Origin: Octopus bimaculoides
Taxonomy: Eukaryota
Direction: 5' to 3'
Assembly: GCF_001194135.2 (NCBI RefSeq)
Contig: NC_068989.1
Coordinates: 39,056,640-39,120,617, forward strand
DNA: 63,978 bases
A model generated the notes under the pieces. That model saw only the letters and a program-made list of their open reading frames with translations. It was not told the origin of the DNA and did not search any database. The translations under genes and the position numbers were made by a program. Positions 25,426 through 38,460 of the stretch are shown one piece after another (positions within the stretch are counted from its first letter, which is position 1; the number at the start of each line of letters is the position of its first letter).

Positions 25426-27247
25426 ACACACAAATATAACATTTTCTTATTAGATGACCTTGCATTTGCAACAAGGAGCCAAGGCAACTCATTATTAATA
25501 CATACTGCAACATAAAATTGTAAAGCAAAATTACAGTTGACAACACTCTAATTTTATACAAAATTCTATAAATAAGAAGGACTATGGTCATAAATAAGGA
25601 AACATCTTATTATATTCAATAATTTCAGCCTGAAAATAATTATTACTACACACCTAAGCATATGAATTCCAAAGATGTTACCCTCAACCTAACCACACTC
25701 AACCTAACTCAAATCATATAGGAAACTTAATGAAACACATACATATGCACACACAAGTACATGCACACATATATTAATAAAGATTCCTGCTATTTGACCA
25801 TAGTTTGTAAAAACAATATCATTGGACAAACCTCTAACCTTTTATTGAATATGGAAATTTTTGACAGTGTGGTTTCCTAATAAAGCACTAGAAAGCAGTG
25901 AATTCAAAGCTAAATATCACATATACATTCAGCCATTAGGCAGGCAATGGTTGGAAGAGAAGACACCAATATTATCTGGCCACCATGGCTGTTCTCAATA
26001 AATGTTAAATCTAACTTGGTTAAACATGTCCTAGCTTTAATAAATTTACATTTTCCCATCAACTACTGATACAGAAAACTGAGTGTGTCTTCTCAGTCAA
26101 AGTTACCCTGCTGGACCAATGCCTCTGACAATGGCATGAGCAAACAAATTATTTGCAGATACATGCTGATGTCTGCCGAACAGATAATACTTCATTGGTT
26201 GCATGCAAAACAGGGAAAATCCAAATAATAACCTATCTTCCTAAGCAAGTATAGGAGACAACTCTTTTTATGATTTGATCTCTGTGTATGTGTGTGTAGT
26301 AAAGTATATGCTAGCGCAATGTGACAAGCAATAAGTCTCTCCAGTTAATCAAGACTACTTAGATTAATGAGAGATAAACATTGAAACAATTTGTAAATCT
26401 GCCCAGAGCAAGCAGGGGAAGCAACTTCAAATCTCAAAACAATGATTTAACTATACTAATATCTAGGTTAATTAAAACTGGAATTACACATATAACAAGG
26501 TGAAAACTAATCTGAACTTTGTTAATTCCTTATTTTTTCCATCTCATCAGGTTGTATATACACAAACTGTGCCTAGACAGTTGATACTTACAAACTGAGT
26601 TCATTGAACACTCTCTGAGTCTATGTATAATATGAATATTGTATGTTGCTTATTCAATATTTAGAAAATAAGTACATCGAAAACAGCTTTCCCCCAACTT
26701 TTTCCTGTTAGGTAAACAATGAAATGCATTTCAGTTTCAGAGAATTACTACATAAAAGTTATATATTTTTATTAGTGATTTTCTTTCTCTTCTTAAAGTT
26801 AAATTTACAAGAAGGTTTAAGAAATTTTGTTTTAACCATAAACTCACTCAGACTGATTCCCCCTACAATTCTCTGTTGAAAGTTTATCAATAGATGTCAG
26901 AATTACCCACCTTTAGGGGATAGATGTACATCATTCATCAGTTCATTCATTTGTTTTAGTGTCCCCTTTTCCATGCTAGCATAGCTTTTACAAGAATTGA
27001 CTTTAAGGTAGGATTTTCAGCTGGCTGCTCTTCCTGTCACCAACACTCACTGTTTCTCAAGTAAGGGATTATTTTTCTTTCAATGGTCTTCAAATATATA
27101 GTGTGATTGAATGTAATGTCAAAAAGGAATGTAAACATCAACACTGGTTAGGTCAAGCAGTCAAGGGTGAAATACCAACATGTGCATACTCACATACACA
27201 CCACACGCATGCATGTACACACAGGCACACATGTGCATACATACACA

Positions 27248-27278
<31 letters not shown>

Positions 27279-27815
27279 TCACTCACATGTGCACTTACAT
27301 ACATGCACGCGCATGTGTGCACACATACGCAAACACACACATACAAACTTGTACATACAGGATGAGTTTCCTACAGTTCTCAGTACCAAATTCACTTACA
27401 AGATGTTGGCTAGCCTGAGTCTATTGTAGAAAAACCCAAAGTGAGATGCAGTAGGATTGAACCTGAACTTATGTGGATGTAATATGAGTTTTTTAACCAC
27501 ACAGCCAGGATAGAGCCTATATATATGCATAATAATAAATACAAAATCAAACTAAAAAACAACTAAAAAACAACTCAAAAATGTATTTGCATTGAATTAA
27601 GCTACCTATCACTGTTTCTTGAGAAACCATAAGTGATCTCTCACAGAACCTTAAGGATTCTGAGGACCCTGCTTCGGAAATGCTATTCTAGAATTTGTAT
27701 GTATACACTCAACATCTACAAGGCCTGTCTACAGAATTGAAATGTTAGTTTGTACTGACAAAATTCCTGGCAGCATTTGTATTTCCAACATTTGCAGTTT
27801 GTGTGTATCTGCCTA

Positions 27816-28010
27816 ATAAGCTGGGCCTATGTTGTTCAATATATATAGGTGTAAAGTATGAGGTAATTCATGCCCAGAATTTATAAGCTGGGCCTATAAT
27901 GGTTCAACATATGCTAGCTGTAAAGGATGAAATTCAAGCCAATATCTATAAGCTGGGCTTAAATGGTTCAATATATACAAGTTGTAAAGGATGAGATAAA
28001 TCATGGCACT
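27816..28010. repeat. Minisatellite, 3 copies of a ~66-bp unit
   Basis: ATAAGCTGGGC starts at 27816, 27883 and 27948. Confidence 0.85.
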
Positions 28011-29294
28011 TTTGCATGACCTGTAGGATTTGATCTGCTAGAAAAAGCAGCTTAATATCTAAAACCACACAGTGTAATTATAAATATAAGAATACATTGG
28101 TTACAGTAATTATGTAATTACTATGTATGTGAAGACACGTGAACTAATGGTCAAGGTGTTGCACTCACAATCACAAGACCAGGGTTTCAATTTTCAGACC
28201 AGCAGTGCACTGTGTTCTTGAGCAAGACACTTTATTTCACGTTATTCCAATTCACTCAGCTGCAAATGGACAATGCCATAGCAGACTGGCATCCTGTTAG
28301 GGAGGAAGAGTTGGCTTGCTTCCCTAACCAGCAGATGGCATCATTCAACAACTACAACAATGTGAAAAGTGAATTGTGACCAGCAGTATATAGCATGTGA
28401 TATTCTGGTTGATACAATAAGATATGCTATGTATAGATAAATAAATAAATAAATATATATATATATATTGTATATATGAAAAAAGACAATATGGTTATGT
28501 CTGGATTGTCCTTCATTATAGGCTGACCTAGGGCTAAATAATAATAATTACATCTATCACCTACTTCTATATCAAGTTAGCATCAACAGGCCCAATTTAT
28601 AGATTTAATGTATGTTATAGATTATGTCTATATAGTTTGAACCAGCCTGATGTGTTTATCTTGCTACCATTTACACAATATATCCATTTCATTAAAAGAA
28701 GATAAAGTAATAATATTGCATGGGTGTTGTTCTTTTCACTTCATGTGATAAATTTAGCAGCCTTTCAATTCATAAATATATTAACGTTTTTTGTTTTTGT
28801 TTCCAGTTTTATCTTCCTTAAAAATAATATCAGATACTTCAATTGCAAATTCATAAATTTTTTTTTTTAAACAATCTTAATGCATGATCTGCAGTAACTA
28901 GCACACAAAGCAAGCTTTTTATTATGTAAATATATTGATATGTTTGCTTACACTGACAAAAACCAGAAGAAAACACAATACTGGGGAATTGTTTTCGTAA
29001 TAAATGAAAATGTTTTGTTTTTCTTTATGGATGAGAGAAAAATCGGGAAAAAATTGGAAGGATGATCATTTTTGAATGCATCAGAAAAAAAAATTGATAA
29101 AAGCAATTGCTTTAAAAAGATACAAAGTACTAAAATAAAATTTCAAACTCCAACTATGGTATTGCCTAAAAATATTTCTCTTCCAAAATTTTCTATTAAA
29201 TAGTCATATCATACAGCAATAACTTAGAGTTGTGTCAGAAATATAAAACCTGGTTTATTTATTTATTTATTTATTCATTTATTTTTTTATTATT

Positions 29295-30095
29295 AGAATT
29301 GTAGGTATGTTGATCAAAATGCTCAGCAGCACTTCATCCACTTTTATGTTCTGAGTTCAAATTCTTCTGAGGTCAGCTTTGCTTTTCATCTTTTGGGTTC
29401 GATACAATAAACGCCAGTTGAACACAGGGGTCGATGTAATCAACTAGCTTCCTCCCACAAAACTTTAGGCCTTTTGCCTATAGTAGAAAGGGTTATTACT
29501 ATTGAGGCAGAAAGGTGGTAAAATCATTACTGCATTGAACAAAACGCTTTGCAGTATTTTTTTCTGACTCTTTATATTCTGAATTCAAATACTGCCAAGG
29601 TTGACTTTGCCTCACATCTTTACAGGGTTGATAAAATAATTACCAATTGAGACCTGTAGTTGATGTAATCAACTTCCTCCTCTCCTCAAGATTGCTGGCC
29701 TTGTATGAAAATTAGAATAATTATTATCATTATTATTATTATTATTACTATTGAATTGAGGATAGCGAGCTGGTAGAATTGTTAGCATGCCAGGCAAAAT
29801 GCTTTGCAACATTTCGTCCATCTTCTGAGTTCAAATTCCACCAAGATCAATTTTTGCCTTTCATCCTTCTGGGGTTGATAAAGCAAAGTACCAGTTGAGC
29901 ACCGGGGCCAATGTAATTGACTTACCCCCTCCCCCCAAATTGCTGACCTTGTGCCAAAATTTTAAACCATTATTATTATTGAATTGGATTAGCAGAATCA
30001 TTAGAGCAAAACACAAAATGTCTTGCAGAATTTTTACCAGATTTTAAAATTCTTAGTCCAAATGTCACTGAGGTCAATAAAATAAGTACCAGTCA
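29295..30095 (+). mobile_element. Head-to-tail array of about four family C SINEs with (ATT)n tails, sense
   Basis: Recurring ctgagttcaaatt..gaggtc..ctttgcc.ttcatc..ggg.tgataa..taccagttga..ggg.c.atgtaat units. Confidence 0.8.
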
Positions 30096-30158
30096 AGTAA
30101 TCATGTGATGGTTGCATGACACATCATACATTATATATTTAGACTATTCTGGCCAGCA

Positions 30159-30228
<70 letters not shown>

Positions 30229-30435
30229 TATTATCAACACCGTAAGAATTTATAAACTTTCAAGAGAACAAGGAATAATTTATTGCCGTGTTTCAGGATA
30301 GTAATTTTTTTTGCTGTGAATGAAACACACGCACTATATATTCATTCTACACTCAGTTATTATTTTTCTTATTTTATCTTATGTTCATTGTCTGGAAATC
30401 TTGTCACACACTCTTCCATCTCATGTCTCTCCTCC

Positions 30436-30611
30436 TGAATTGGTTCTTGAAGTACATATAAAGCTATAAATAATAGCAAGTATGTATTAACTTGAAAAAC
30501 CCTTTTGGATAGAAAAGTTGAAGGCTGGCATCCTATGGCATTTGAACCCATCTCAAGTAGACATGAAATGTAATTATCTACAGCTTTATATGTACTTTAA
30601 GAACCAATTCC
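30436..30611. mobile_element. MITE with ~39-bp TIRs (GGAATTGGTTCTT(A/G)AAGTACATATAAAGCT...), second truncated copy at 46310-46440
   Basis: The left arm gaattggttcttgaagtacatataaagctataaataat is complementary to attatctacagctttatatgtactttaagaaccaattcc. Superfamily not assigned. Confidence 0.75.
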
Positions 30612-30615
30612 AAAA

Positions 30616-30775
30616 AAGAGTGGCTGTGTGGTAAGTAGCTTGCTTACCAACCACATGGTTCTGGATTCAGTCTCACTGCGTGGCACCTTGGGCAAGTGTC
30701 TTCTACTATAACCTCAGGCCAACCCAAGCCTTGTGAGTGGATTTGGTGGACGGAAACTGAAAGAAGCTTGTCGTA

Positions 30776-30854
<79 letters not shown>

Positions 30855-31075
30855 TTGTGTGTCTATGTTTGTCCCCCCACCATCGCTTGACAACCAATGG
30901 TGATGTGTTTACGTCCCCGTAACTTAGCGGTTTGGCAAAAAGAGACCGATAGAATAAGTACTAGGCTTCCAAAGAATAAGTCCTGGGGTCGATTTGCTCG
31001 ACTAAAGGCGGTGCTCCAGCATGGCCTCAGTCAAATGACTGAAACAAGTAAAAGAGCAAAAAAAGAGTAAAAGAG
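30616..31075 (+). mobile_element. Full-length tRNA-derived SINE family A, sense, with internal (TA)n
   Basis: Pol III box A TGGCTGTGTGG (30621-30631) and box B-like GGATTCAGTC (~30663). Ends in an aaagag-type tail and retains CpGs. Confidence 0.9.
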
Positions 31076-31082
31076 ATTATTG

Positions 31083-31113
<31 letters not shown>

Positions 31114-31141
31114 TGATGATGATGATGATGATGATAATAAT

Positions 31142-31650
31142 GTTTTCATTTCTTTCATTTGCTCAACATTTCATCATTCTTCCACCCATATTGGATTGTT
31201 AAACATCAAGCCAAATCCTGCAATGCTATGAATTAAACACCTATCTTATAGTTCTTGCTGTGCCAAGCATATTGGCTTTCTGTAGAATCAGAAAATTCAT
31301 CTTGATTTCCAGAACCCTCAACTAATCATTCAAACTTCTTGGAACTGTTCTTAAGAATCCTTTAACAACCGGGATAATGATACCTTTACAGCAATTTGAG
31401 CTTCTTTGAAGTTCATAATTTAGATCCTGATATTTTTCTATTTCCTCACATTCTTTTTCTGCTACTCTTCTATCAAACAAGCATGCGGCATCAATTAAGC
31501 TATACAGACTTCTTTCTTTATTGAGTTCAACACTATCTGGTCATGAATGTTCTGTTTGCTTAACCTTTTGAAGTTTCATATCCTGCAATACTTTTTTGCA
31601 TGGTCATATTCAAGAATGTGCTCTGTTTTATGGTCATACCATTTTTTTCA
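31142..31650 (-). mobile_element. 5'-truncated R4/Dong-like RLE LINE (endonuclease domain and 3' end)
   Basis: Minus strand gives KWYDHKTEHILEYDH...PDSV...LIDAACLFDRRVAEKECEEIEKYQDL...IIPVVKGFL...LQKANMLGTARTIR, the PD-(D/E)xK RLE pattern. It is flanked by (TAA/TGA)n on both sides. Confidence 0.85.
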
Positions 31651-32299
31651 TATTATTATTATTATTATTATTATTATTTAGTTGACTCACAGAGTGAAGA
31701 GATGGCTTATGCTTTTCCCTTCAAAACATTTTTTATCAAATGAAATTTTCTTTGAATTTCTTGGGAAAAAAATCATAATTGCTTAAGGAGTGATGTGATC
31801 TGACGTTGACAGTTAACAGGTGATATCAAGAAAAATGGTTTGTTTTACAAACTTTTGAAATTTTGTTTACACACATTACATTTTTACTTCTAAAATAGCT
31901 ACCACACATATGCCACATGACTAAAAACTATGTTAGCTAAAATAAAAGCAACACAAGAATCAATACACAACTAAATTTACAAAAGAAATAAGAAAATGAA
32001 TAGTATAGTGAGCAGTTAACAGATGAAAATGTCCCTATTCAAATTATTAATTTGAAAGTGAGTGACATGAATAACAACACTAATAACATAGTAACTATTA
32101 CATGAATCCAGATATTGTTGCCTATTCATGTTATTATATCTCTATGAAAAAAACCTCTTAGCATTTGATGGATAGAATTTTTGGACCTATCACAGTTGCA
32201 AGTATAAAATGGAAGAACTTTGTAAATCCTATCAGCAGTTTTTTGTCTGAAGAGATTATTCAGGGGAGAATGAAGAGAAAAATTATATATTACTGCTTT

Positions 32300-32760
32300 T
32301 GAAAAGATGCAAGTAGATTAAATTTTCCATGATATCAAGTACTACAACAAGCTTTCTCGTGATGTTGGGAGAAATTATCTCAAATGAAAAATGTTACACC
32401 ATTAAAACTGAAAACACAGGCAAAATATTGGTTGAAATTGTCAAACATACCTCTAGCTGTACATTTATGACCAAATATATGGATCAAAGGGACACCAGAT
32501 CCACTGTAAGCAACATTGGGCATGGTGTAGACCTATGGCTAGTGGTACATTCTGTGTTACAGTGTGGGTGAGCGATCAGATAGTGCGCTGTGGTCGAAAT
32601 AGATTTGCAGCTCCTAATGACCCCATACCAGAATTGTGCTCAGCAGAAGGTGTTGATACAAAGGGCATAAGGTTGATGATATGGAGTAGAAAGCTTGGCT
32701 GTTACATTTTTGGGGAGTAAGACACACTTAATATCTGACTACCTAGAACTGGGAGGATTA
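32300..32760 (+). mobile_element. Possible LINE ORF1 remnant with a decayed CCHC knuckle
   Basis: CYIFGSKTHLISDYL at ~32700-32745 resembles CxxCxxxxHxxxxC after two point changes and a 1-nt indel. No other motif confirmed. Confidence 0.25.
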
Positions 32761-33645
32761 AGCAAAAATGGTAAGCAAAAATAACAACAAATCACATTTT
32801 TAGATCCCCGCCAGACCAAACTCTAGAACCTGTAAGGGAAATATCTTTAGGACTTGCATCACAAATTGATGATCAAATGGCTCATTTCCAAGCAGTACCA
32901 ACCTCTGGTACCACACCTTTATTGAGTGGTGTGGTAGTGATAATTACAGATGAAAATTCCCAAATGCTTGAAAATAAAAACAGGGAAAAGAGAAAAATAT
33001 CATAGGAAATGAAAACATGACATATAACAACAAAAACAGGTGAAAAAAACAATTTCTTCTAAACGACAACAGAATCTTGCCTCAAAGAAATATCAAAGAA
33101 AATCAAAAGAACGAAAATGAACTAAGATTCACCATTCTTCAAAAATCAAACAAAAGCTTGACAGAAAGAATTACACATCTCTTATGTCACAGACTTTGAA
33201 GAAGTTGTAATGACACAAAAACTGTTAGGGTCAGAATTTAGACAAACTATAATGAATGGCTCACTAACATTAAGACATTATTCCTAAATTTAAGTGAATA
33301 CTACTAAGATGTTGGTGATTTTAACACTGTCACAAAAATGCTTACTGGTGTATTCATTTGCACTTGAATACAATTTTGGAAATGGTATGGTGAATGGAAC
33401 TAAGTGAAGAACCTTAACTCAACTTAGCTAGTAAATCTTTCATGTCTTATTTCTTTAAATTAAATCTTTCTTAAATATTGCGTATTTTGTACTTATTTAT
33501 TCATTTCCATGCAAACATGTCTGTGTATGTGTGGGCATATGTGTACAGTGAGTGTTCATGTATGTGTATGTATATGCACAAATCAATATGTGTGTATATA
33601 TGTGTATGTATATAAATATATATATATATTTATATGTGTGTATAT

Positions 33646-33807
33646 CATCATCATCATCATCATCATCGTTTAACGTCTGCTTTCCATGCTAGCATGGGCT
33701 GGACGATTTGACTGAGGACTGGTTACACCAGATGGTTACACCAGGCTCCAATATGATTTGGTAGAGTTTCTACAGCTGGATGCCTTTCCTACTGCCAACC
33801 ACTCCAA

Positions 33808-33808
<1 letters not shown>
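33646..33808 (-). mobile_element. SINE family B 3' fragment, antisense
   Basis: Reverse complement of 8520-8690, roughly 85-90% identical by eye. Confidence 0.85.
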
Positions 33809-33862
<54 letters not shown>

Positions 33863-33946
33863 ATACTTGGAATCCCTTTCCTTAGTTTGTTACTTTATAT
33901 ATTCTTATATTACTTGAGTAATGTTATACCGTCTTTCACTGGTATA

Positions 33947-36140
33947 ATGGAGAAATTACCTATTGACATATTGAAAAACATTCCAGTCCCACCAAGGAAG
34001 GACTTTATGAAAGACCTTATTACCAAGACTTTGCATTCATACATAGAATTCACTGGATCACTTTTCACCATGAAAGGGATATTGCTAAAGAAGGAAACCC
34101 CCTTGGTGGGGATTTTGAAATTTGTCGGAGGAGCTCTGGGGCCAGACAGTTTCCACCTCCTGGCCATCGTTTGGAGGTTTTTAAGAGGGATGAATGCAAC
34201 GGGATATGCCAAGTTTGTCAAGTGTTCCCTTGTGGGGAATGAGCATCTGTTGCAAGTGAAGGCGTTGATGTGTGAACTGGGAAACAAGAGCAGAAGTGGA
34301 GTTGTTGTGCCTTCAGACAGTACTGGTAATTTGTATCATACGGATATTTATGGATATCATCAATTGATAGAAAATGAAATTGCTGGTAACTATGGGAATT
34401 TATTAAGATCTATTAACTTAGAAGCTAAAACAGTTGTGTGTGATTTTGATCTTGGTGACAGAGTTGGGCCTCTTGTTCCTGTGGGGCCCAGAATCGTTTC
34501 GAAGGATCATGGAGATAACTTCTTCTCCCACTCTAAAGTTAGATTAATTTGCCCAAGCAGTTCTGGCCTGGGTAGATTAAGTAAAGTTGTTCTAGGCAGG
34601 TATGTACCTGGACTTGGAGAGATGTTGAGGCTAGACCTCTGGTCCAATGCCCAGGAAACCATTAATTGGTTTGATGGGTTAGATAATAAAAATAGAAGTG
34701 AATTCATTTAGTTCAATATTGATGGTTATTATTGGAAGAACATTGTTTTATTTGATAACTAGTGCTGGGCCAGAGGGAGAACTAATGATTATTTTCACAG
34801 ACTTCATTGGTATCTCCATTCTGTGTCATTCCCGTGATGAATTTCCAGACATTGGGGATGGAGTCTGTGGAGATGATGCACTGTATTTGATTGATGGCTG
34901 GTCCAGTGGAGGAGTAAATCTATGTATGAAGAGATTCCATAGTTTCTTTGAAAGATTTGGTTTATCTATCTCTGTGAAGGATGGGCATGGTTCAGTTGAT
35001 TGCCTAGATGTTGGTGTGGACCTTGCTGCTAGCTTGTGTAGCCCATATCATAAACCCAACAATGGTTTACGGAGTGTCAACTTTCATAGTGGCCATCCTG
35101 GGGTGGCTGATAGTGTTTCAAGATGTGTTTCTTGATTGTCCTTTGGTGAGGAGATCTTTAGTGGTGATGCTGAATGTTGTAATGATGCCCTTGGGAAAGC
35201 AGGATACTAGAGTGGAATGGTGTGTTATAATTAGAATGGGAACTCCAATGGGTCATGTAATAATGGAAAATTGGTTGACAGCGAGGTGGGCGGATCTAGT
35301 GGTGGAAGTGCGTCCAATTTATTCATAAGAAGTGGTGATGTGATTGACGGTAGTGGTAATATTTGTGGGAGCAAGTGTGGTAAATGTATCCTGTGTGAAA
35401 ATGGATATATAGATGGACTTGGGTATAGGAGTGGTAGGTATATGCCGTATACCAGTACAGATACACCTAGTGATGTTAATTACAACAGGGATAGTCGTGT
35501 TTGGTTTGTCATTCCTTGCACATGACAAGTGGGGGTGAATTCGGTAAAAGTTATTTTGCAGATCTGTGTCTCAACACTTTGATAGAAAACATAAATATAA
35601 TAAAATAGTTAATAATGAATGGGAATTAAAGTAGGTTTTTCAGTGTCTAAAAATTTGTTTAGAATTATCTCTTCCTTTAGTGATGGAGGGTTAGATCATT
35701 TTTACAATAATGAAGATAATGGTCTGGCTGGGGGGTTGTGATTGCGGATGTAAGGATAAATGCTGTTTTGATGATTTTTGTTTGCAGATCAGTATTGTGT
35801 ATGAATGTGGGGTTGATTTGGAGTGAAAAAATAATTTTCACATAGGGGTCAATGGAAAATTTTATTGGGGGACAGATTGCAGGCCATGAGTACACCTTTG
35901 GGAGGGGGGAGGGGTTTGACGGTACTGGTCTGGAAATTGAAGGTTAGTGAGAAATTATACAACAAAAATTGGAAAATGCTCTGCCATGCTAGATCGTATA
36001 AAATTAGTGATGCTAGATGCAACCTGTGTGGATGGGTTGTGTTGGATGTTAACATCTGGGGGAGATTGCTTGATGAGGGGCATGAGAGTATTCTGTCTTG
36101 TGCACACTGTTCTAGGTGTGTGTTTGGAGGGTTTTGTTGG
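33947..36140 (+). mobile_element. Near full-length Naiad-type Penelope-like retroelement ORF (RT + GIY-YIG), dead and A-to-G hypermutated
   Basis: ATG at 33947 MEKLPIDILKNIP. RT motifs SDSTGNLY, INLEAK, KDHGDNF, RLICP, LWSNAQETINWF, VCGDDAL, PYHKPNN..SGHP, ALGKAGY. Then VWF, CDCGCKDKC, IVYEC, WKML..RCNLC..LLDEGHE..SCAH, collinear with the ORF at 40790-43030. Contains frameshifts and two RT deletions. Confidence 0.9.
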
Positions 36141-36479
36141 GTGTATGTATGTTTGTGTTCATCTGTGTGTGTTTGATCATGTGTTTGTGTATGTATGTGT
36201 GTATTTGTGTTTGTATCTAATGCTACATGTGTGTCATTGTGCATGTATGTATATATATGTATAAATATGTATATATATGTATGCATATAAATGTATGTGT
36301 ATGTACGAGCATGTGTATGCATGCAGGTGTGTGTGTGTCTCTATATTTCTATGTATGTATATGTGTGTATATCATTTAGCGTTGGTGCAAGTATGTAGGT
36401 GTATGTGTGTATGTATATATATATATATATATATGCACACACAAATAATGATCCTTGTTTGGGTAACTTCAAATCTGGT

Positions 36480-36950
36480 TACTTCTGGGAGGCTAATAAT
36501 GTTTTGATGTCCATTATTATAGCCCAGCTCTGTGTCTGTGGGGTTATTTGGATTCTAGCAATTTGTAGTTCTAGGTTTATCTTCATGTTAGTTGCGGAAT
36601 TTTTCCTGCAGTGGATTAGGCAAACAAAGAGCATTATTGTTAGGTTTCTCTTAATATTTATTATAGAATTCTCCCAACGATGGACTAGATGAATGAAGAA
36701 CATTTTTTGTTAGTTACTTTAAACAGTCTTTTTTATATCAATGGCCTTGGGTGGATAGAGGAGTTCTTAAATGTTACCAATATAATTGTTATTTGTGTTT
36801 TTTGCAATTTCTAGATTGAGTAGGACCCTAATACTTGATTTATATACCTATATATTGTTGTTGTGTGTTGTTATAATAGTGAAGGGTTGTCTTCAACCTA
36901 GACGAGTTTAGATTGATGTTGTTTGAGATATATGGAGATGTGTTTCAATG
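36480..36950 (-). mobile_element. Highly decayed GIY-YIG C-terminus of another Naiad-like PLE, tail-to-tail with the 33947-36140 copy
   Basis: Minus strand gives QQYIGI...NLEIAKNT..NYIGNI*E..PPK..IKK..., loosely matching YIG...SF.LE..KN.T.LS.YIW.LK. Many disruptions. Confidence 0.4.
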
Positions 36951-37444
36951 GTTGTAGATTCTGCTTGTTTGATTGTTTTGTCCGTTGTGGTTTTGTTGTT
37001 TTTTGATTGTAGTTGCTATGTTGTTGAAGAGTTAATGCTCATTCTCATAATACATAGGCATTTAAATTAATTCTTTTACAATCAAGCCGTCCTTTCACAT
37101 GCAATTTCATCTATCTTTAGACCTTTGCTCTGATGGGACTTGTATAGGTGAGTTGAATTGTTTATATGTCGGAGAATGTTTTTATAGGTCAAAACAAATT
37201 GATGGATATTTTGGTTTTTTAATGAATTTTTTTTTTGTCTTAGCTTATGTTATACTATATTCATAGTATATTATGTTATATTATGGTTTAGGTGGGTTGT
37301 TGAATTGTCAGTTATGTCTCTCTATTTGATTTATTGTTAGTAATTTGCATTATACACATATTTATGTGGTATTCAACTGATGAACCATTGAATTGGATGT
37401 TTTACACACCCCTTTGAAGGAATTCCTTTCCTCAGTTTGTTACT

Positions 37445-37484
<40 letters not shown>

Positions 37485-37499
37485 CTTATATGTAAATGC

Positions 37500-37995
37500 A
37501 TAGCAAATGACTTGATCTGTCATTGGGTATGACTCCTTCATGTATCACCCGATTGACTATATGGGTGATTAGATTATAGCCTACACAGCCAGATATTTTA
37601 AGGATCTCTGCAGTGATTCCTGATGGGCCGGGGTATTTCCCTGTCTTCATACCCTTAATTGCTTTATCTACCAAGGTACTGTCAATTCGGATGGCTGGTC
37701 CCTCTGTTGGGTTGACATTCAGCAAACTCCCTTTCTCCCATTCATTCTATTCATTTAGCAAACTTTCATAGTGGCATCTCCAAATCTCTCTCCTTGCAGC
37801 CTCATTAAATGCAACTGAACCATCATCCATGCAGACACATTTCTCTCTTATGATATCACGATTCTCTCTCATACACTGTTTTGCCACATGAAACACTTCA
37901 AGTCTTTGGTCCTCATGACACAGAACATTGCCAAATTTTTTCTTATCTGCTTCCCCTCTGACAAAGTAAACTTGTCGCCTAGCTTCCCTTCTGGT
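37500..37995 (-). mobile_element. RTE LINE RT N-terminal fragment
   Basis: Minus ORF reads NPTEGPAIRIDSTLVDKAIKGMKTGKYPGPSGITAEILK...EGVIPND. Confidence 0.85.
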
Positions 37996-38184
37996 GATCT
38001 ATATGTGCATATATTTATATGTATATATAAATATGTATACCTTATATGTATATATTATATGTATATGTATATATTAATATATATGTGTATATATATGTAA
38101 TTATATATATGCGTGTGTGTGTGTATGAGCGTATATATGTAATTATATGTATTTTTGTATGTATACATAATATATATGTATATG

Positions 38185-38460
38185 TATCATCATCATCATC
38201 GTTTAATGTCTGTTTTCCATGCTGGCATGGGTTGGACGGTTTGAGTGAGGTCTGGAGAGTCAGGCTCCAATTTGATCTGGCAATGTTTCTACAGCTGGAT
38301 GCCCTTTCTAACGCCAACCACTCCAAAAGTGTAGTAGGTGCTGTTTCCGTGCCACTGGCATGGGGGCCAATCAGTGGGTACTGGCATCAGCCATGTTCAG
38401 TTGGTGCTTTTTACATGCCACCGGCATGAGAGCCAGTCAGTGAGTACTGGCATCAGCCAG
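38185..38460 (-). mobile_element. SINE family B, antisense, truncating the mariner remnant
   Basis: catcatcatcgtttaatgtctgttttccatgctggcatgggttggacgg... family B tail. Confidence 0.8.

Noticed and set aside
29300-29360. ag|GTATGTTGATCAAAATGCTC as the next aminopeptidase exon (resembles G..IRML)
   Set aside because: It is the body of a family C SINE and hits a stop within about 17 codons.
33758-34711. 317-aa ORF as a host gene
   Set aside because: The start is SINE plus (TA)n sequence and the remainder is the mutated PLE RT. A-to-G change tends to remove TAA/TAG/TGA stops, which may have lengthened the ORF.
37370-37400. CTGATGA motif, and CTGAAGA at ~39620, as further hammerheads
   Set aside because: No properly placed stem II plus GAAA core follows either motif.
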